DNA from: Asterias rubens
Lineage: Eukaryota
Direction: 5' to 3'
DNA: 64,000 nucleotides
NCBI RefSeq assembly: GCF_902459465.1
Contig: NC_047067.1
Coordinates: forward strand, 1,612,001-1,676,000
This document shows, piece after piece, positions 12,581-26,700 of the stretch (position 1 is the stretch's first letter; every line of letters starts with the position of its first letter). The notes below the pieces were generated by a model. It did no database searches. It was not told the origin of the DNA and saw only the letters and a program-made list of their open reading frames with translations. The translations under genes were made by a program, and so were the position numbers.

Positions 12581-14531
12581 TCAGAATGATAGTGGTGGCT
12601 TCTGGGTGTCCTTGTCACTGAAATCTAGTGACACATTCAGAAGTGACGCGACCTGGATAGAGGAACAAAATTAACTAGATGAGCCGAACTTTGTTTATGG
12701 TACACAATCAGGAACATGCCTAGCACACAAGGTATTGTAGTATAATTCAATTTGCGGTAACACCCTGTGTGTATCTGTGTGTATCCTTATGAGCATTGCT
12801 CATAAGGAGTTGACAAACCGCAAGTGCAAAACAACTATCAGTCTAAATTGAGAGTAGATACACGGCTGCTCACCTGTTTGAATTTGTCTCTGATCTTTTT
12901 AAATTCTTCCCAGTAGTTTTCCTGAGTGACATCCTCCAAGCGAAAGGATACCAGCAACGTATGCAGAACGCCCAGCGCTTTCACTGCTCTGTAGAAACAA
13001 GTATGGATTTCACATAAAATAACTCCATTAAAGACCTTTAGTGGAAGATTGATGTTTGTGTTTTATATTATTAAGATTCTAACACAAGAGCTTGTGGGCA
13101 CCCACAAATTTAAATTACTGCTAAAAGCGTAAAGTATTGCTTACCAATTTCTGAACAAAAATGAGCTAGATATGAAATGGGGTTTTGGTTGTTATAAAAC
13201 CTTATTCTGGTAAGCATTATTTTGTTGTGCTAAGTTACTATGTACTTCAGTAGCCCTGTAGTGTTAGTGAACCATCCAAATTTAGTTTGCATAGCGTGTA
13301 CACCCGCTAAGCATCAGGTAAAATTCACCCTTTTTCTAACCCTTTTTCTCAACATTAAAAAAGTGCTTCTCAAGCAATGGAGCTTCATGTATAGCTCCAT
13401 GCTCTAGCATAGACTTAAGCTGTCAAATTGGCAGCTTAATCTCCAAGTTAAAAAGCATTGAAGCATAGAATGCCCATAGCAACAGCTACAGTCACAGGTT
13501 CCAATTTGGTCATGGCCTTAAGCCATGTCCGAATAGCAACTGTGGCTAATTGCTACCACTGTTGCTAAGGGTGTTGCTAATGACTACATTGGACTATACT
13601 TCAATGCATGATGACCCAGCGATCAAGCCATAGACATAGATGTAGCCCCCAATTCGATCATGGCCTTACTTGGGTTTGGCTAGCTCAGGGTCTTTCTGGA
13701 GAAGCTGCCGCCATGTTGATATAAAGCCGAGATAGAATCCATACTCTGATCCAATCTGTCGTCCTTTGTCTTGACCTAGCTTGAATCCATCTTGTTTTCC
13801 AGTGACTTTACCGGCTTGGAATCCCTCTTCAAATCCCATCTCATTAAATCTGTGAATAGTCAATAATCACGTTGAACATGTTAAAATCCATTGAATCAAA
13901 TTGTATTTGTAAATGTATGAATTGTTAGGCCTAATGAGTGACCTCTTGCATAACGTCGCATGGAACACATTTACACTTGCCATTTTGGGAGTCAATATAA
14001 TATTTCTTTTATTTCGGCATAATTTTTAACTCTCAAATTGACTATCTGACACAATAGGCATGTTAAGTGTGGTACATACGTGGAAATTCGAAAAGGGTCA
14101 ATTATTAACTAAATTAAAAAAATTATGAAAATAAAAATATATTTTAAAACATTATTTTTATTAATAACTATTTTATTTAATTTACTTTTTTATCTTGCAC
14201 ATTCATGACACTAAAGAATTAAAAAAAATGTTGCCATGCCACAGTTCCTACATGTGTGAAATTCTGAGCGGACTCCATAATAAAAAAAATATAAGAATGT
14301 GTAAACATAGACCTAAATTTGTTCAGAAATTTAATCAACAAAAGTCAAAAGGCATTGCCATACACTGACTTGCCAGATTGCGGCGGCGACAAAACCACAG
14401 TGAACTATATGATGAGTATGAAGTTCAATGTGAACTCTTATTTACCTTTCTTCCGCCATAACTATAGAGTCAAATGGATCTTCATCTGGGGCGCCTACAC
14501 CACGACTCGGGAATCTGGGGTTTTCTGCCAT
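12581..14531 (-). CDS. LTO1: LTO1/ORAOV1 (Yae1-Lto1 adaptor for ABCE1 Fe-S maturation), 4 exons, 150 aa
   Basis: Exons are 14531-14446 (MAENPRF...DPFDSIVMAEER), 13849-13670 (FNEMGFEEGFQAGKVTGKQDGFKLGQDKGRQIGSEYGFYLGFISTW), 12988-12874 (KIRDKFKQ) and 12652-12581 (VASLLNV...PPLSF*). All introns are GT-AG and phases match. The Gly-repeat Yae1_N motif is present, and the C-terminal LSF fits the CIA-targeting tripeptide. Confidence 0.95.
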
Positions 14532-14985
14532 TGTTGAATATGAAAATAAATGAAAATCCAACTACTTTTAGTGGGACTTGTTTTAGCAAACACTTCGTTT
14601 GTGTAGCAGAGATCACGTCGATGGTATCCCTGTGGCAAATCCACAAGTAGCGCTCGTTCTCGTGGCGTGGCGTCTAGTTACCAGACAAGTTGTTGCCCAG
14701 ACCGTTAATTTGAAATAGCGCCCTCTATCATCAAAAACAACTATTGATGAAACTTTCTTTTTTGCATCATTCGGGTGCCTGATATTGGGCATGATATTAT
14801 CCGCAAGGATAACCTCGAAGTGTGTCGTCACATGTTCAGGCTAGGCATGAAGTAACCCAATGTGTCTTCATTATGTGTTTTGAATATCAAGAGTTGATTT
14901 GAGGATCAATGGGGGATAATGACTTCTGTACGAGAGGAAAATACCCTTTACCCTATATCGGGCATTCGATTATGATGGCAATCTA

Positions 14986-15116
14986 AGGCCGTGTCCGAAA
15001 CGACGACTTCGGCTACAGCTACGTCTAGATCAGCGCGTCTACCAGTGTTAAAGAATAGGCAGACGCGCGCGATCTAGCCGTAGCTGTAGCCGAAGTCGCC
15101 GTTTCGGACACGGCCT
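14986..15116. mobile_element. 131-bp hairpin MITE (46-bp arms, 2 mismatches)
   Basis: aggccgtgtccgaaacgacgacttcggctacagctacgtctagatc is inverted at 15071-15116. Confidence 0.85.
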
Positions 15117-15907
15117 CAGTCTGGTCACTACCCCGGCCCCGCCCTAATTGCGAAGGTTTGAGCTCACCGGGTTTGTACCACATGGACGTAATGTATGAGT
15201 TGTCAATAATTTTGCCATAATTGATATGAATTGAATCGATACAGTATTAGAAAGACCAGTCATAGCTCATTGTGAAATCGGAGCATCACTCAGATGGATG
15301 GATGGATGGAGGGGGGGGGGTGCATATATTCTGCTACTACGAATTACCTTTGTCGTGTTTGTTTTTTTTAGAATTTGTGTTTTTACTGAATCGATTTAAA
15401 AAAAATAAACATAAGAAAAACCTCTTATTAGGCTGTCTTGTGTTTGGAACTTTGATTCATCATAAATCATATGAATGTATACGCCTTATACCAACAAAAT
15501 AATTAACCTGTGTGAATTTTGTATCGTATTGGTCGTTATTTTGAACTATCGCTGAAGCTCCTGAGCGAATTTAATTATTTTCATGGAAATAATAATCCAC
15601 GTATAGGAATACACAATCTAATTCAAATTTTGCGGGGATAAAAGTGATGTGTTTTTCTATAACCATTATAACATGAAATGGTTGTCAAAGTGAATTATCC
15701 AAAGCTGTTGCAAAAGTTGATGTCTAAATGATGCTTTGTATTTCAGTTTGAGAAGATTATAATTTGTTTGTTTATTATTTTTTTGTGTTTCTGAAAATAA
15801 TTACAACTAGCTCTTTTCCGAGCAATCGATACAGTCAGGTGCCTCTGTATCAATATGTAATTTTTATTTTAAAGCCCTACGTGCATCTTCGACCGTGCCT
15901 CAACTAA

Positions 15908-17180
15908 GGAGCCATTCATAATTTTCAATGTTTTAACATTTCTTTTCGAATTAGTGGGTGGGTGGGTCAAAAGCCTCTTTTTCAAATATTTATTAATCGA
16001 AATTCACTTTATTTATTTATTTCTTGTTTATCCTGGGAAATCCATTCAGTAAGAAAAACTCACTGATCTCCCATGGATCCCAGCTAATAACAAACTACAG
16101 AAGTGAACTTAAGATAAAAATATTACAAATTTACACAGAAAAACATTGCACATTCATTTAAAAAAAGCACTAGATCCAAGCATACATACATTTTGAAAAC
16201 TACAAAAAACGTTTTTAAATAGGACGAATAAATTAAAAGGGGGAAAAATACATTAAAAAAAACTTCCATGGAGGTAGCAACTGCAGACCAAGCAAGTCTC
16301 ACGCTTTCACGCAACGCAACCATTTTCTCACGCTTAGGGCCGGACAGGGAAAACAAAATAAAATTCATAATGCACAATCTTCAGATTGCGCGCAGTTTTT
16401 CAGAATTATCAACTTGGGCTGGCTTACAAACAGAGCGCGAATTTGCATATTGCGCAGTCTTTTGCTCTCTCACCAGATTCAGCTGATAATTCTGAATTCG
16501 ACAGAGCGAAAAACGTGAATTGCGCACAAGTTTGTCTCAATCCGTTTTTAGCAAATTTTGTTGAATGCGCCCCACGTGCATAGACTCGACACATCAGGTA
16601 GAAGTCATGAGCGGAGGATTTTGCACATCATTTTAGCCGGAAACAATCGTACCTCCACATTAACCAGCAACATCTCCTGTATACCTCATGTGAATGTGAA
16701 GTAAACTGAAAAGTTTTTTCATGCATTTTGAAGAAAAGAAATCCTCCACACACAAAAATTCTGCACAATTTTTGTATTTAGCCTATTTTTTTCCTTCCCC
16801 AGGGAGCAAGTTTTTTTTTTTTCGGGCGGCGACACCGTTAATTTAAAAATCTAAGGGATAGCTGTCCACTGTTGAACTTGGCACCGATCTTCACGGGTTT
16901 CGGTCACAATGAAAGTTGATAAAAGTTTTAGCCCAGGGCTGAAATAACTGGGCCTGCGGTCCGGTGCTAGGCCCGAATGTGCAACATCCATGATGCAGCG
17001 CACAATGGTACAAGTACCATGCAAGTAATATGCATAATGCAATCCACATGTAGCTTTATTTTTAATACTGCACATAACAAATCAATGTTTTTATAATCGA
17101 AATTAGGGGTGGGTGGGTGGGTCAAAAATCTTTGGAAAAGAAATCGAAATTTTAAAACATTGAAAATTATGAATGGCCCC
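15908..17180. mobile_element. 1.27-kb non-autonomous DNA transposon with ~27-bp TIRs and a TAA TSD (Zator- or Harbinger-like)
   Basis: The ends read taa|ggagccattcataattttcaatgtttt ... aaaacattgaaaattatgaatggcccc|taa. A gggtgggtgggtcaaaa direct repeat sits near both ends. Confidence 0.8.
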
Positions 17181-17713
17181 TAAGCCCCCCACCGCCTCCC
17201 CTCACCGACCATTCCCAAAGCCAGCCGGACCGTCAACTTTTGTTTCCTACCTAATTCGGCCTCAGCCATTTGTCAAAAAGGCCTTCCTTGTTAAGTCATA
17301 ATCATTATACCCTGAGCATTTCCATCATGAAAACTTTGGCATAATTTGTAGTGATTATGCCTGGGTGATGTTATCAGCCAATTAGCTCGTCTGCAATCCA
17401 TTCATGGAATCGGAGGTCTGCGGTCTCACGGTCTAATGCCCCAGACGATCGCCCAGACAGGTCACAAGGTCAAAATGAATCCAGCCGTACTCAGTATGGC
17501 ACCCCGACTCAAGCAAATCATTCACACATGATTACTAGTGGGGACAACACAGCAGCGAGTGTGGGTCACCTGACGATGGCTTGCAAGGCACGTTGAAAAA
17601 GTGTACATGCACCCTAAAAATAGCCGGTCAAAAAAACGAGTGAAAACCGAAGTACTTTGTAGGACTTTGACATTTCACTCTATGCATTCAAGAGGAGAAG
17701 GCTCGTCACAGAG

Positions 17714-20700
17714 ATGGCACGATTTATATTAACTCTCGTGAGACAGTAAGTTGATTAATTAATGTTTGCATGAACCCTGCCCTTGTGCCGCTTGACTGAG
17801 GCCTATCCTATTTATATAGCGGAGAAGGGCTTTTTTGGGGTGGGGGTGAGAGGCTGAAGCCTCGGCTAGCTCAGCTGGGTTGGTGTGCGTCTGCATGCTC
17901 GCACTCTCATCATCCAAGTACTGAGCTGAGCAGATGCCATGCATGATCATGCATGTGTTGTATATCAGCTTCTTTTTGGGGGTGGGGGTGAGAGGCTGAA
18001 GCCTCGGCTAGCTGGGTTGGTGTGCGTCTGCATGCTCGCACTCTCATCATCCAAGTACTGAGCTGAGCAGATGCCATGCATGATCATGCATGTGTTGTAT
18101 ATCAGCTGGTGTGGGAAATTCTTAGCTGCACTGACCTAGGCCTATTCAATAGCAATCATGTGCAAAAAAAATATATATTAATGTTAAACCTTTTTTTTTT
18201 TTTTTAAGATGTAAATTAAACTTGAATGTTTCAATGTTTGCTTACATTATTTTAAAGTCTCTTTTTTTTTTCTGTACCGAAAGTGTCCAATAAGTGTAAA
18301 GCCATTGGACCCTTTTGGTAAAGAGTATTGCCCAAGTCCCACTCTTCGTGTATCACAACTTACATATAAAATAAAAAACCTGTGAAAATTTACTCTCAAT
18401 CGGTCATCGGTGTCAGGAGAAAATAACCCACCCTTGTATCCGCACGTTTCGCCGTGTCATGACATGTGTTTAAAATAAATCCGTAATTCTCGATATCGAG
18501 AATTGATATTGTTTTAATGTTTTCTCATAAAGTAAAGCATTGGACACTTTCAGTACAGAAAAAAAAAAAAAGTTCACAGATTTACAAATAACTTGCAGGG
18601 TTTACAGAAGGTAACGGTGAAAGACTTCTCTTGAAATATTATTCCATGAAATGCTTTACTTTTTGAGAAAACATTAAAACAATATCAATTCTCGATATCA
18701 AGAATTACGGATTTATTTTAAACACATGTCATGACACGGCGAATTGTTCGGAAACAAGGGTGGGTTTTCCCGTTATTTTCTCCCGATTCCGATGACGGAT
18801 TGAGCCCAGGTTTGTTATTTTATATAGAAGTTGTGATAAACGAAGTGTGGGCCTTGGACAATACTGTTTACCGAAAGTGTCCAATGGCTTTAATCTTAGA
18901 CCATTAATATTATTATTTAAGTGTCTTTAAACTTCGAACAGATGCAAACATTATTTACAACCTTGGATGGTCGTTTAAACTTTAAAGACACTGGACACTA
19001 TATTGGTTTATAACACACCTCTTGCTCGTTCTGTATTCTGGTTGGCTGAAACATGGTCACATGGGATGAACTAATATAGGCTAGTGATCGCGGGCACGTG
19101 TTTTGCGGGAATAGTACCAGAGCGAGCAATAGTCTTTGAATATAGTGCAAAACAAATTTCCAAAACTCTTTTTTCTGTTCTTATTTTACATTTAAGACAG
19201 AGCTGTGCTATAAAACACATATTGACTGGCATAATTCGGTAACTAGTGTACGTCTATTCCCCCTCGGTCCTGTGAGTGACCAGAAAAGGGCCTATTTCCC
19301 TCGGCCTTCGGCCTCGGGAAATAGGTCGCTCTTCTGGTCACTCAAAGTCCCACGTGGGAATAGACGTATACTAATTACCTCGTTGCCAGTGTGTATAATA
19401 TGGTCGCGACATGGTTACTTTTATTATTTACTCCGCTCACACTTTTATTTGAGTTTCTCCCAAAAAAAGGATGAGCGGAGTTAATTAAGGAAGAATAATT
19501 AGCTGAGCGAGTTCAGAAAATTAGTTACTCTTTTTCCTCTTTAATTTGTTTATGTTTTACAGGAAAATGTTCATCCACTGCAGTAAACATTGTTAAACCT
19601 ACAACCGTTACAACATAGTTGGTTATTTTGTACAAAACAAAAAGTTCCATTCAAAAATTTCCGATCCCTAAAGAACTAGTCAAATAAGAAAACAACTTAA
19701 AAAGACAAACAATTAGCTTTGACATCAGAAACGGACGAAAAATACTTAAAGACAGTAGGCCTGGGTGAATTATTTGAATATCCGGTTAATGGCGAATAGG
19801 TTTTCCTATCCGTAACCGCGAATGCCTTTTTTTTCTTAACCGGATATCCGCATAGGGCGCTAATACCTATTTATAAACCGGATAGTTCTGTAATTACAAC
19901 CAAGTAACCGGATATTCTTTAATATCCGAATATCCGCAGACGTCGGGCGACAACTGATATGAATGTTTTGTCTGAATCCTTATGAAACCTCTATTAAGAC
20001 AGCATAAAACAGCATAAATTAAGTATTTAACTATGCTCACATCCGTAAAGAGTTAAAACAATGACATTTCCGACGTATTTTGTTCAAAGATTACAAAAGT
20101 TTTCCTTCACCCAGAGTCAATCAAGATCAAAAGAAAAAGCAAATCACCATCTTTAAATTAGATTCGGTCATTTTTATGAATGAACCGAGTGACACTGTCT
20201 AAAACTAATATCAATCCGCCCATAAGATCTCATTCACAAACGAACAGCGCCCTCTAGCAGCAAAAAAAATGTGCTCTCTAGCGGCGAAAAAACTATTTGA
20301 ATATCCGGTTAATTTCGAATAGTTGGCCAGCGGTATCCGAAAAGCAAAATTTCACTATTTGCCCAGCACTAAAAGACAGCAACTTCAGGAAGATTATTTT
20401 TGAATATAATTCTTAAAAACTGCACACCTAATACCAAAGTAGTGAATTAGCGTACGAGTTGGTTGGATAAACATGGTTTTGTGCACACTAATTGCCAAGT
20501 AATATTGTGTAAAAATGTTTTTTTTTTAGTTTCAAGAATCAACTGATTATACATTTTGTGCATACGACACTAGTACAAAGTACATTCTGGTCAAACTTCT
20601 CCATAATACTGCTTTGGCGTGTTGCTTTTTATGTTACCTATCGTTTGTAAGCTGCCATAGTGAGTTATTGGAGCGTTAACTGGCCCTGCGTTTTGAGGCT

Positions 20701-23700
20701 GTTTGTGTACAACAGGCCTGATACTTCATGGAGGCAATTCACGTCTTTGGTCTCATTACCTTGGTGCCCCATGAAACATTCCAATAGAAAGTTACAATTT
20801 CCTCAGAGAGGTTCCCCTTTACAAAGGAGAAAAAGCCTTGGTGCCCTTTCCTTTGATCATGTCGAAGCATACAGGCCTTTATCCATGGTTCTGTTCTTAC
20901 CTCTGTAAAAGTTTGAAATTTGTACAGCCGTAGTACAGCTATTTGCATGCATTTGTATCACATTGATTTTTGTGTGAATTATAGAATCTATCAAAATTGA
21001 ATGTAAACTACCATTTTACGAAATTCTACTTTTGTGCTCAATAATGCAAACCCACATGTCTGGGTATAAATAGTAGTACACAGGTTTCAATATGAGTGCA
21101 AGTTTCCACTAACTATTTGTGTACAAAGTTCTGTTTAAAATGTATAAATCTTTATAAAAAAAATCCCAAAAATCGGACCTAGCATCTTTAAACCAACCAC
21201 GACAAATTGAATCTTAGACCACATAAACCTTATAACTAAACTAAATTAGGGTTGCCTTGCAATGTTTATTGAAGCATGGAGGAAGAAATTGAAGATTTAA
21301 ACCAATCAAAAACATGCATGAGATATATTAACTGGGATCCCCCAGGTATCTTGCGGTCTGAACCTCACTTTGTCAGTCTCAACTTATAACCTGCAAATGT
21401 GCCAGATGGCTCGTGGAGGGTTGTTTACTTGTCACATTTAATAGCCCAGAGCCAATGGAAGCACAAACCTTTCCATCTTTCTGACACACGGGATTAACCT
21501 TAGGTAAACCGCATAAACCACAATGTCACTGTGGTTCGTTCTACCATGGTTCTACTCTGGCTGAGTCAATACGCTCGGAAAATACTGAGTAATGATGAGC
21601 TTTAAAACAGCTCAACATTTATTGCTAAAATTGTGTATTTTTTGGAGTGCTCGATTTTGAGGTAAATTCCACGAGACAGGGGAGGGGGGCTTGTAGCTAA
21701 AAATGTTCACTGGAGCAGTATTTATTTTACAAGACCAGGGGCCGATTTCTCAAAGAGCCAAGATTGATCTTAACTGCAAATCAATCATAGTTGCTTAGTA
21801 AAGTGTGATGTCACAATACAAATCACTAACATTTGAACATCATTTCTTTCTGTTATATACATAAAAACCAAAAGGAGAAAAAAGTGCCACAATTAAACTG
21901 TTTTTATAATACTTATGGGGTACAACTTTCTTAAATACTCATCTGAACTGAAAGATTTAAATCCGACTTAAAGTCAACATTTGAACATAGTATGTTTGTT
22001 AAGATGAGGTGAGGTATTATTATTCAATCACACAAGACGGCTGAACTTGTCCAGTCATAAGTTTACAGGCCCAATGCACGCCTGTGTGCTTCGTTTTTGA
22101 AAGGGCAAGGGCACCAGGGCATTTTCTCCTTGGTGAAGGGCACCCTGTATGAGGAAAATTGTAAATTTCTACTGAGCTTTTCAAGGGCACCAAGGCAATG
22201 ACCTTGGGGCATGGAGGCAATCGCCTTTGTTGCCTCCGTGAAGTATCGGGCCTGCGACGAAAAAACACTGGCCTCAGGCCTGCAGTCCAGTGTTAATTTG
22301 GAGCCCTATGTCATGTTGACATTTCGCGTGATTCTATTCATAATTCATGTTTATCATCTTATGTTAACACCCTATAGCAGCTCCCATGTCTAGCCTGCCA
22401 GCAAAAAAAAGCATAAAAAATACATAGGCCCCTAAACTGCAGCCAAGTGATAACAGCTGTGTGTACTTTCCATGGTCAAGGTCAAATGTGTTTAGTCCCC
22501 AAGATCAGCCATAGGGGAAACCGTTGAAGGTCAGTGCCTCACGGTACTCCCTGAAGACCTAGTCAATATTACAAACATGTAATTAATACAGTGACATTTT
22601 AACGGGTATGGTAATTTCCTAAATGGAGGCAATCTGATGGATGGCTGTAATGCTTTCATTGTTTTGACTACTCGCATGTTTTGACATTGCATCACACATA
22701 TAGTAGGAGTTGGGTTACTTCATAGACTAGAGCGAGGGTTTATTTTTATCTTGCGACCAACGTCCTCGGTTTATAGGGATTGGTTTTATTGGCAGACTGC
22801 CAGAAAGGCTTGAGGCCCCGATTGGGCTTATTGACTGGCGGTAGACTGTTGGTAAACATTGGCAGAAAAGGGAAGTACTACTTACATTAGAAATACAAAA
22901 GATTTAGAAGGGGAAGTCCAGTTCGAAATATGTATCACCAGGCTTTACTTGACTTGCATTACAGAGATTATTATTTTGGGTTTCTAGCAGTTCTGAAAAT
23001 GGTATTTTGTAACACTTTGCCTTGGATCGGACGAGTTGGTCTATACAAAGCGTCTGTAACAGTTTGTTATAAAATGCATAAGAATAGTAGAGTACAATGA
23101 TCCACACAAATATGCCTCAAAATTGCGTGGTTTTCCTTTTACCTCATTACCTTTTACCGCAGTTTCCAGGCAAATTTGTGTAGATAATTGTATTCTATAC
23201 TTTTAAAACATCTTTCTAATCATATGCATTTTATAACAAACGGTTACAAACGCTTTTCAAAGACCAATCCGACCGATCCAAGGCAACTTGTTCCTTTAAT
23301 TGCTAACCTTTGGGGTGGGTGGTGGGGGGGGGGTAGAAGGCTGAAAAGACGGTCCTCTTCAATAGCCTTCTTGAGGTACGGTGAACACTATGGTGTGCAC
23401 CGTTTCTGTTGGGTGTTTTCAGACAATTTTCCAAAGCTCTCTTAAAAACACATCTTTTCAGATTGGCATTTGAACACATCTGTGAATTCTTTGATTGACT
23501 TTGACCTGCGCCTTTTAATGTTATACAGAGAAAGTGCGCCTTACAAATGCTTTGTTATAATTATTATTACCAGACCTCAAAATGGCTAAATACTCTTTGT
23601 TTCCCTCAAAAATGAAAAATATAAAGCTCCTGACTAAAGAAAAAGTGCAATGTCTTCACTCAGAAGGAGTAAGTACAAGCCTGAGATGGACTGACACATA

Positions 23701-26700
23701 GTATGTTTTTGTCTGTACTTTAAACAGTTATAAAAGATACATAATTTGTAAATAAGGAAGTGTACATTTTTTGGTAGGATTGACTATCAATCATTGATAA
23801 CCAACCCATGCTAGCTCTGCAACTAACATGCAAATTTTGCATGTAAGTTTTCAATAATGTCTGGTACAGTGATGCTTAAACTCGTGTTTCAACTTAAATT
23901 TCAATTCCTCAGTCGAGAGACAGTTGCTGTGTCACATGGGTCGGGGTAATTAATTGTGTAATTCTGTAGAGGGTGAACACCCACACACAATGTGTATGGC
24001 ACGATGGTACGGCTTTGCTCATCTGGCGGTTGCTATACAAAAGCTTGCCCGAACCACTGTGTAATGTGGTAACACTATCTCGAGTCTGGTCAGTCCAATT
24101 GGAGTATTCACTTAGGACTAATCAAGTCATTGTACCAGACATTATTCAAAATCCAAGTTACTCGCAAATGGCTTATTCGGTAGATTTCACAGAACTCATG
24201 AAAGTACGGAGTACATGTACAGTAAAGACATTTGAGGGGAAACAAATATTATATTCTTTGTTCCCGATGCAAAAATAACCTCTAATTTGAAGAACTTAGT
24301 ACGTTGATATACTGTAGTTGGTCTGTCGAGACTATTCAATGTGTACAAGTACTTTAATCCCGACGACGTATCTGAAGCCCCACCCATTCAGGTAGGGGCT
24401 CCGATCCGAAGGTCACCTTTTAGGCTTAATGGGGTCAAGTACGCAGACAGTGAAGGTCTACAAGGTACCTACAAGGTCAGACAGGCGATTGGCCATCCTG
24501 TGCCAAGTGACGACCCCCACTGATTCTGTTTTTAAATTTCACTTGAATTAATTCGGAACGAGGGGGAGGGGGAAAAAGCATCGTAGGGTGTGTGCCTCTT
24601 CAGAATTAAAAAACAGGAAAAGAACTCCTAATTTCAGCTTTCCTTCCCCTGCCCATTCATGATATGTCCACCAGCCACTCCCCATAAATTGTTATGACTA
24701 CCAATGCATTTGAATTTGAAAAAACATGTATTACATCATCACCCCGCTTTATGGAGACCTTCAGTTCAAGTCCACACGTGGGAGTGAAATACATCATGTG
24801 TTATCTATAATGGACAATCTCTGTGGAGTTTTAACTAAAGTAATGCTATGTGAGATTTGAGGCATTGCATGGTGAGATATCAATGTATATTTGGTTTGCG
24901 GTAACACCACATCTACTTGGGTTGATAATGTTCTTTTGAGAACTTGTCTTGTTGTATTCTACTATCGCTAAGTAATGATGTAGCTCAGAGTGTTCTCTCC
25001 TATGTACAGTAGACTCAGTCCTTCCTAGTCACAATTTGCCCACTCTGTTTTGATATGTCAGGGAGTTCTGGCATCATTTTCCCTAATTGTTTCCTGGCAA
25101 TGTGTTTGTTGACCCATTGTCTTCTTTCAACTCCACAGAGTGAGTATACACTGTTATGGTTTTAGGTCTATCAGGTGAGGTTTAGACACTGTGACATCAC
25201 TTGTTTACAAAACAGCCACAGATCCTGAACTTCCAGCAGGCAGGCATTATTTGTACACAGCACAATGCAAGAAAACATTACATTGCATTAAGGGAGGTTG
25301 CACTGCTTGATTTTATGTAACTTTGATATGAAGCAACGGAACACAAAATGCAAAGTTTCCCATATTATGACCAGCCAGTACAAACCCGATATCTGGGATT
25401 TTGTTTTAGGGACGTCCCCATTGGTTTTGTACACGAAAGTGAAATGAGGCATCTTTACTAGTTAAAAACACTCTCATCCCTTTTTGTTAATGTCTTCAGT
25501 TTCAATGAGTAGACGCCCTCAATGCACACTTTAAATGAGTTGTGCAGCAGCTGTTTTCTAATATGTCTTTTTTTAGACATTGTGTTCACATGATGAAAAC
25601 TGATTTTCCGTTTTTATAGTCAGCTGATTTGTCTAGCCACCGGCACTACAAGTAGAGCTAGCAAGAATTACCATCTTGGTTTTTAGACGACCATACTTAT
25701 TCAAGTCATTGTGAAGTCAGTGGTTAGCATGGGGGGGGGGGGGGTTGAACCCACAACCTTGTTATTGAAAGTCTTGCAGTCTAACTGCTGGACCACGGCT
25801 GGACGAATTGGTAGTTCAGTACTTGTTATTGAAGTCTATACCTTTTCTATATCTAATGTAATTGAGGAATGTTTTGCGAGTAACATTCACGTTTAGGATA
25901 TACACCCCTGCACACATTTAGACAAAAAGTTGTTTCTTTTTTGGGGGAGACGCATGCATTTAAAATGACTTGCACAAGTGCGTGCCACTTTTAATTAGGT
26001 CCATATAAGAGGGAAACAAATTAAGAGTGTGACTTGGCAAATTAGCCAGACATTCTGTAAATATTAGATAAGTAAGAGGAGAAAATGATGAATGAAATAA
26101 GGCCACTAGACGCTCAAGGGCACCAAGCCCTGGCTAGGCTTGTCTCAAGGGGTTTATAGAGGGTTGATGAGGAATGCGTGCGTGGTTTAATCAAGGACTT
26201 AGGATCAGGCAAGAGGGGGAAGAGGCTATCGTAGGGTTCAAAGCACTTTTACCATTCCCTAGCGCTTTCTCTATTAAAAGTTCATCCTTTCAATTTACTT
26301 CCTTCAAAAATCTTCGCTAATTCACTGCATGGATCTAGATTGACTCGGTCGGTACAGCAGAGCTTGAATTTGGGGTGGGGGGGCTTCCACACGACCACAT
26401 AGCTTGGTGGCCCAGAATTATTCGTACAATACCATTATTAAATTAAAAGAAAGCTGCGTAACCCAGTTTAATATACATTAAGGTTAATTGTGACAAGCGC
26501 TCCAAGACATTAGAGAAGATTTAGCTCATTTTTACTTAGTGGTAGTAAGGTTACTTGATTATGTCATTACTCAATACAATTGAATTGTATTTCATCCAAT
26601 CAAAGTTAACATTTTTACAATTTTGTTGTAATATTTTGTTTATAGATTTTTTACAGATTGGTGTATTTGTCATTTGTATTCTTTTTTTTTTACATTTTTT

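Noticed and set aside
17250-17268. Minus-strand ATGGCTGAGGCCGAATTAG|GTAGG as an alternative first exon of LTO1
   Set aside because: It ends in phase 1 whereas LTO1 exon 2 needs phase 2, and a convincing exon 1 exists at 14531-14446.
23973-24523. Two adjacent plus-strand ORFs in TIGAR intron 1 as a nested gene
   Set aside because: No recognisable motif or consistent splice structure, and the lengths are within chance range.
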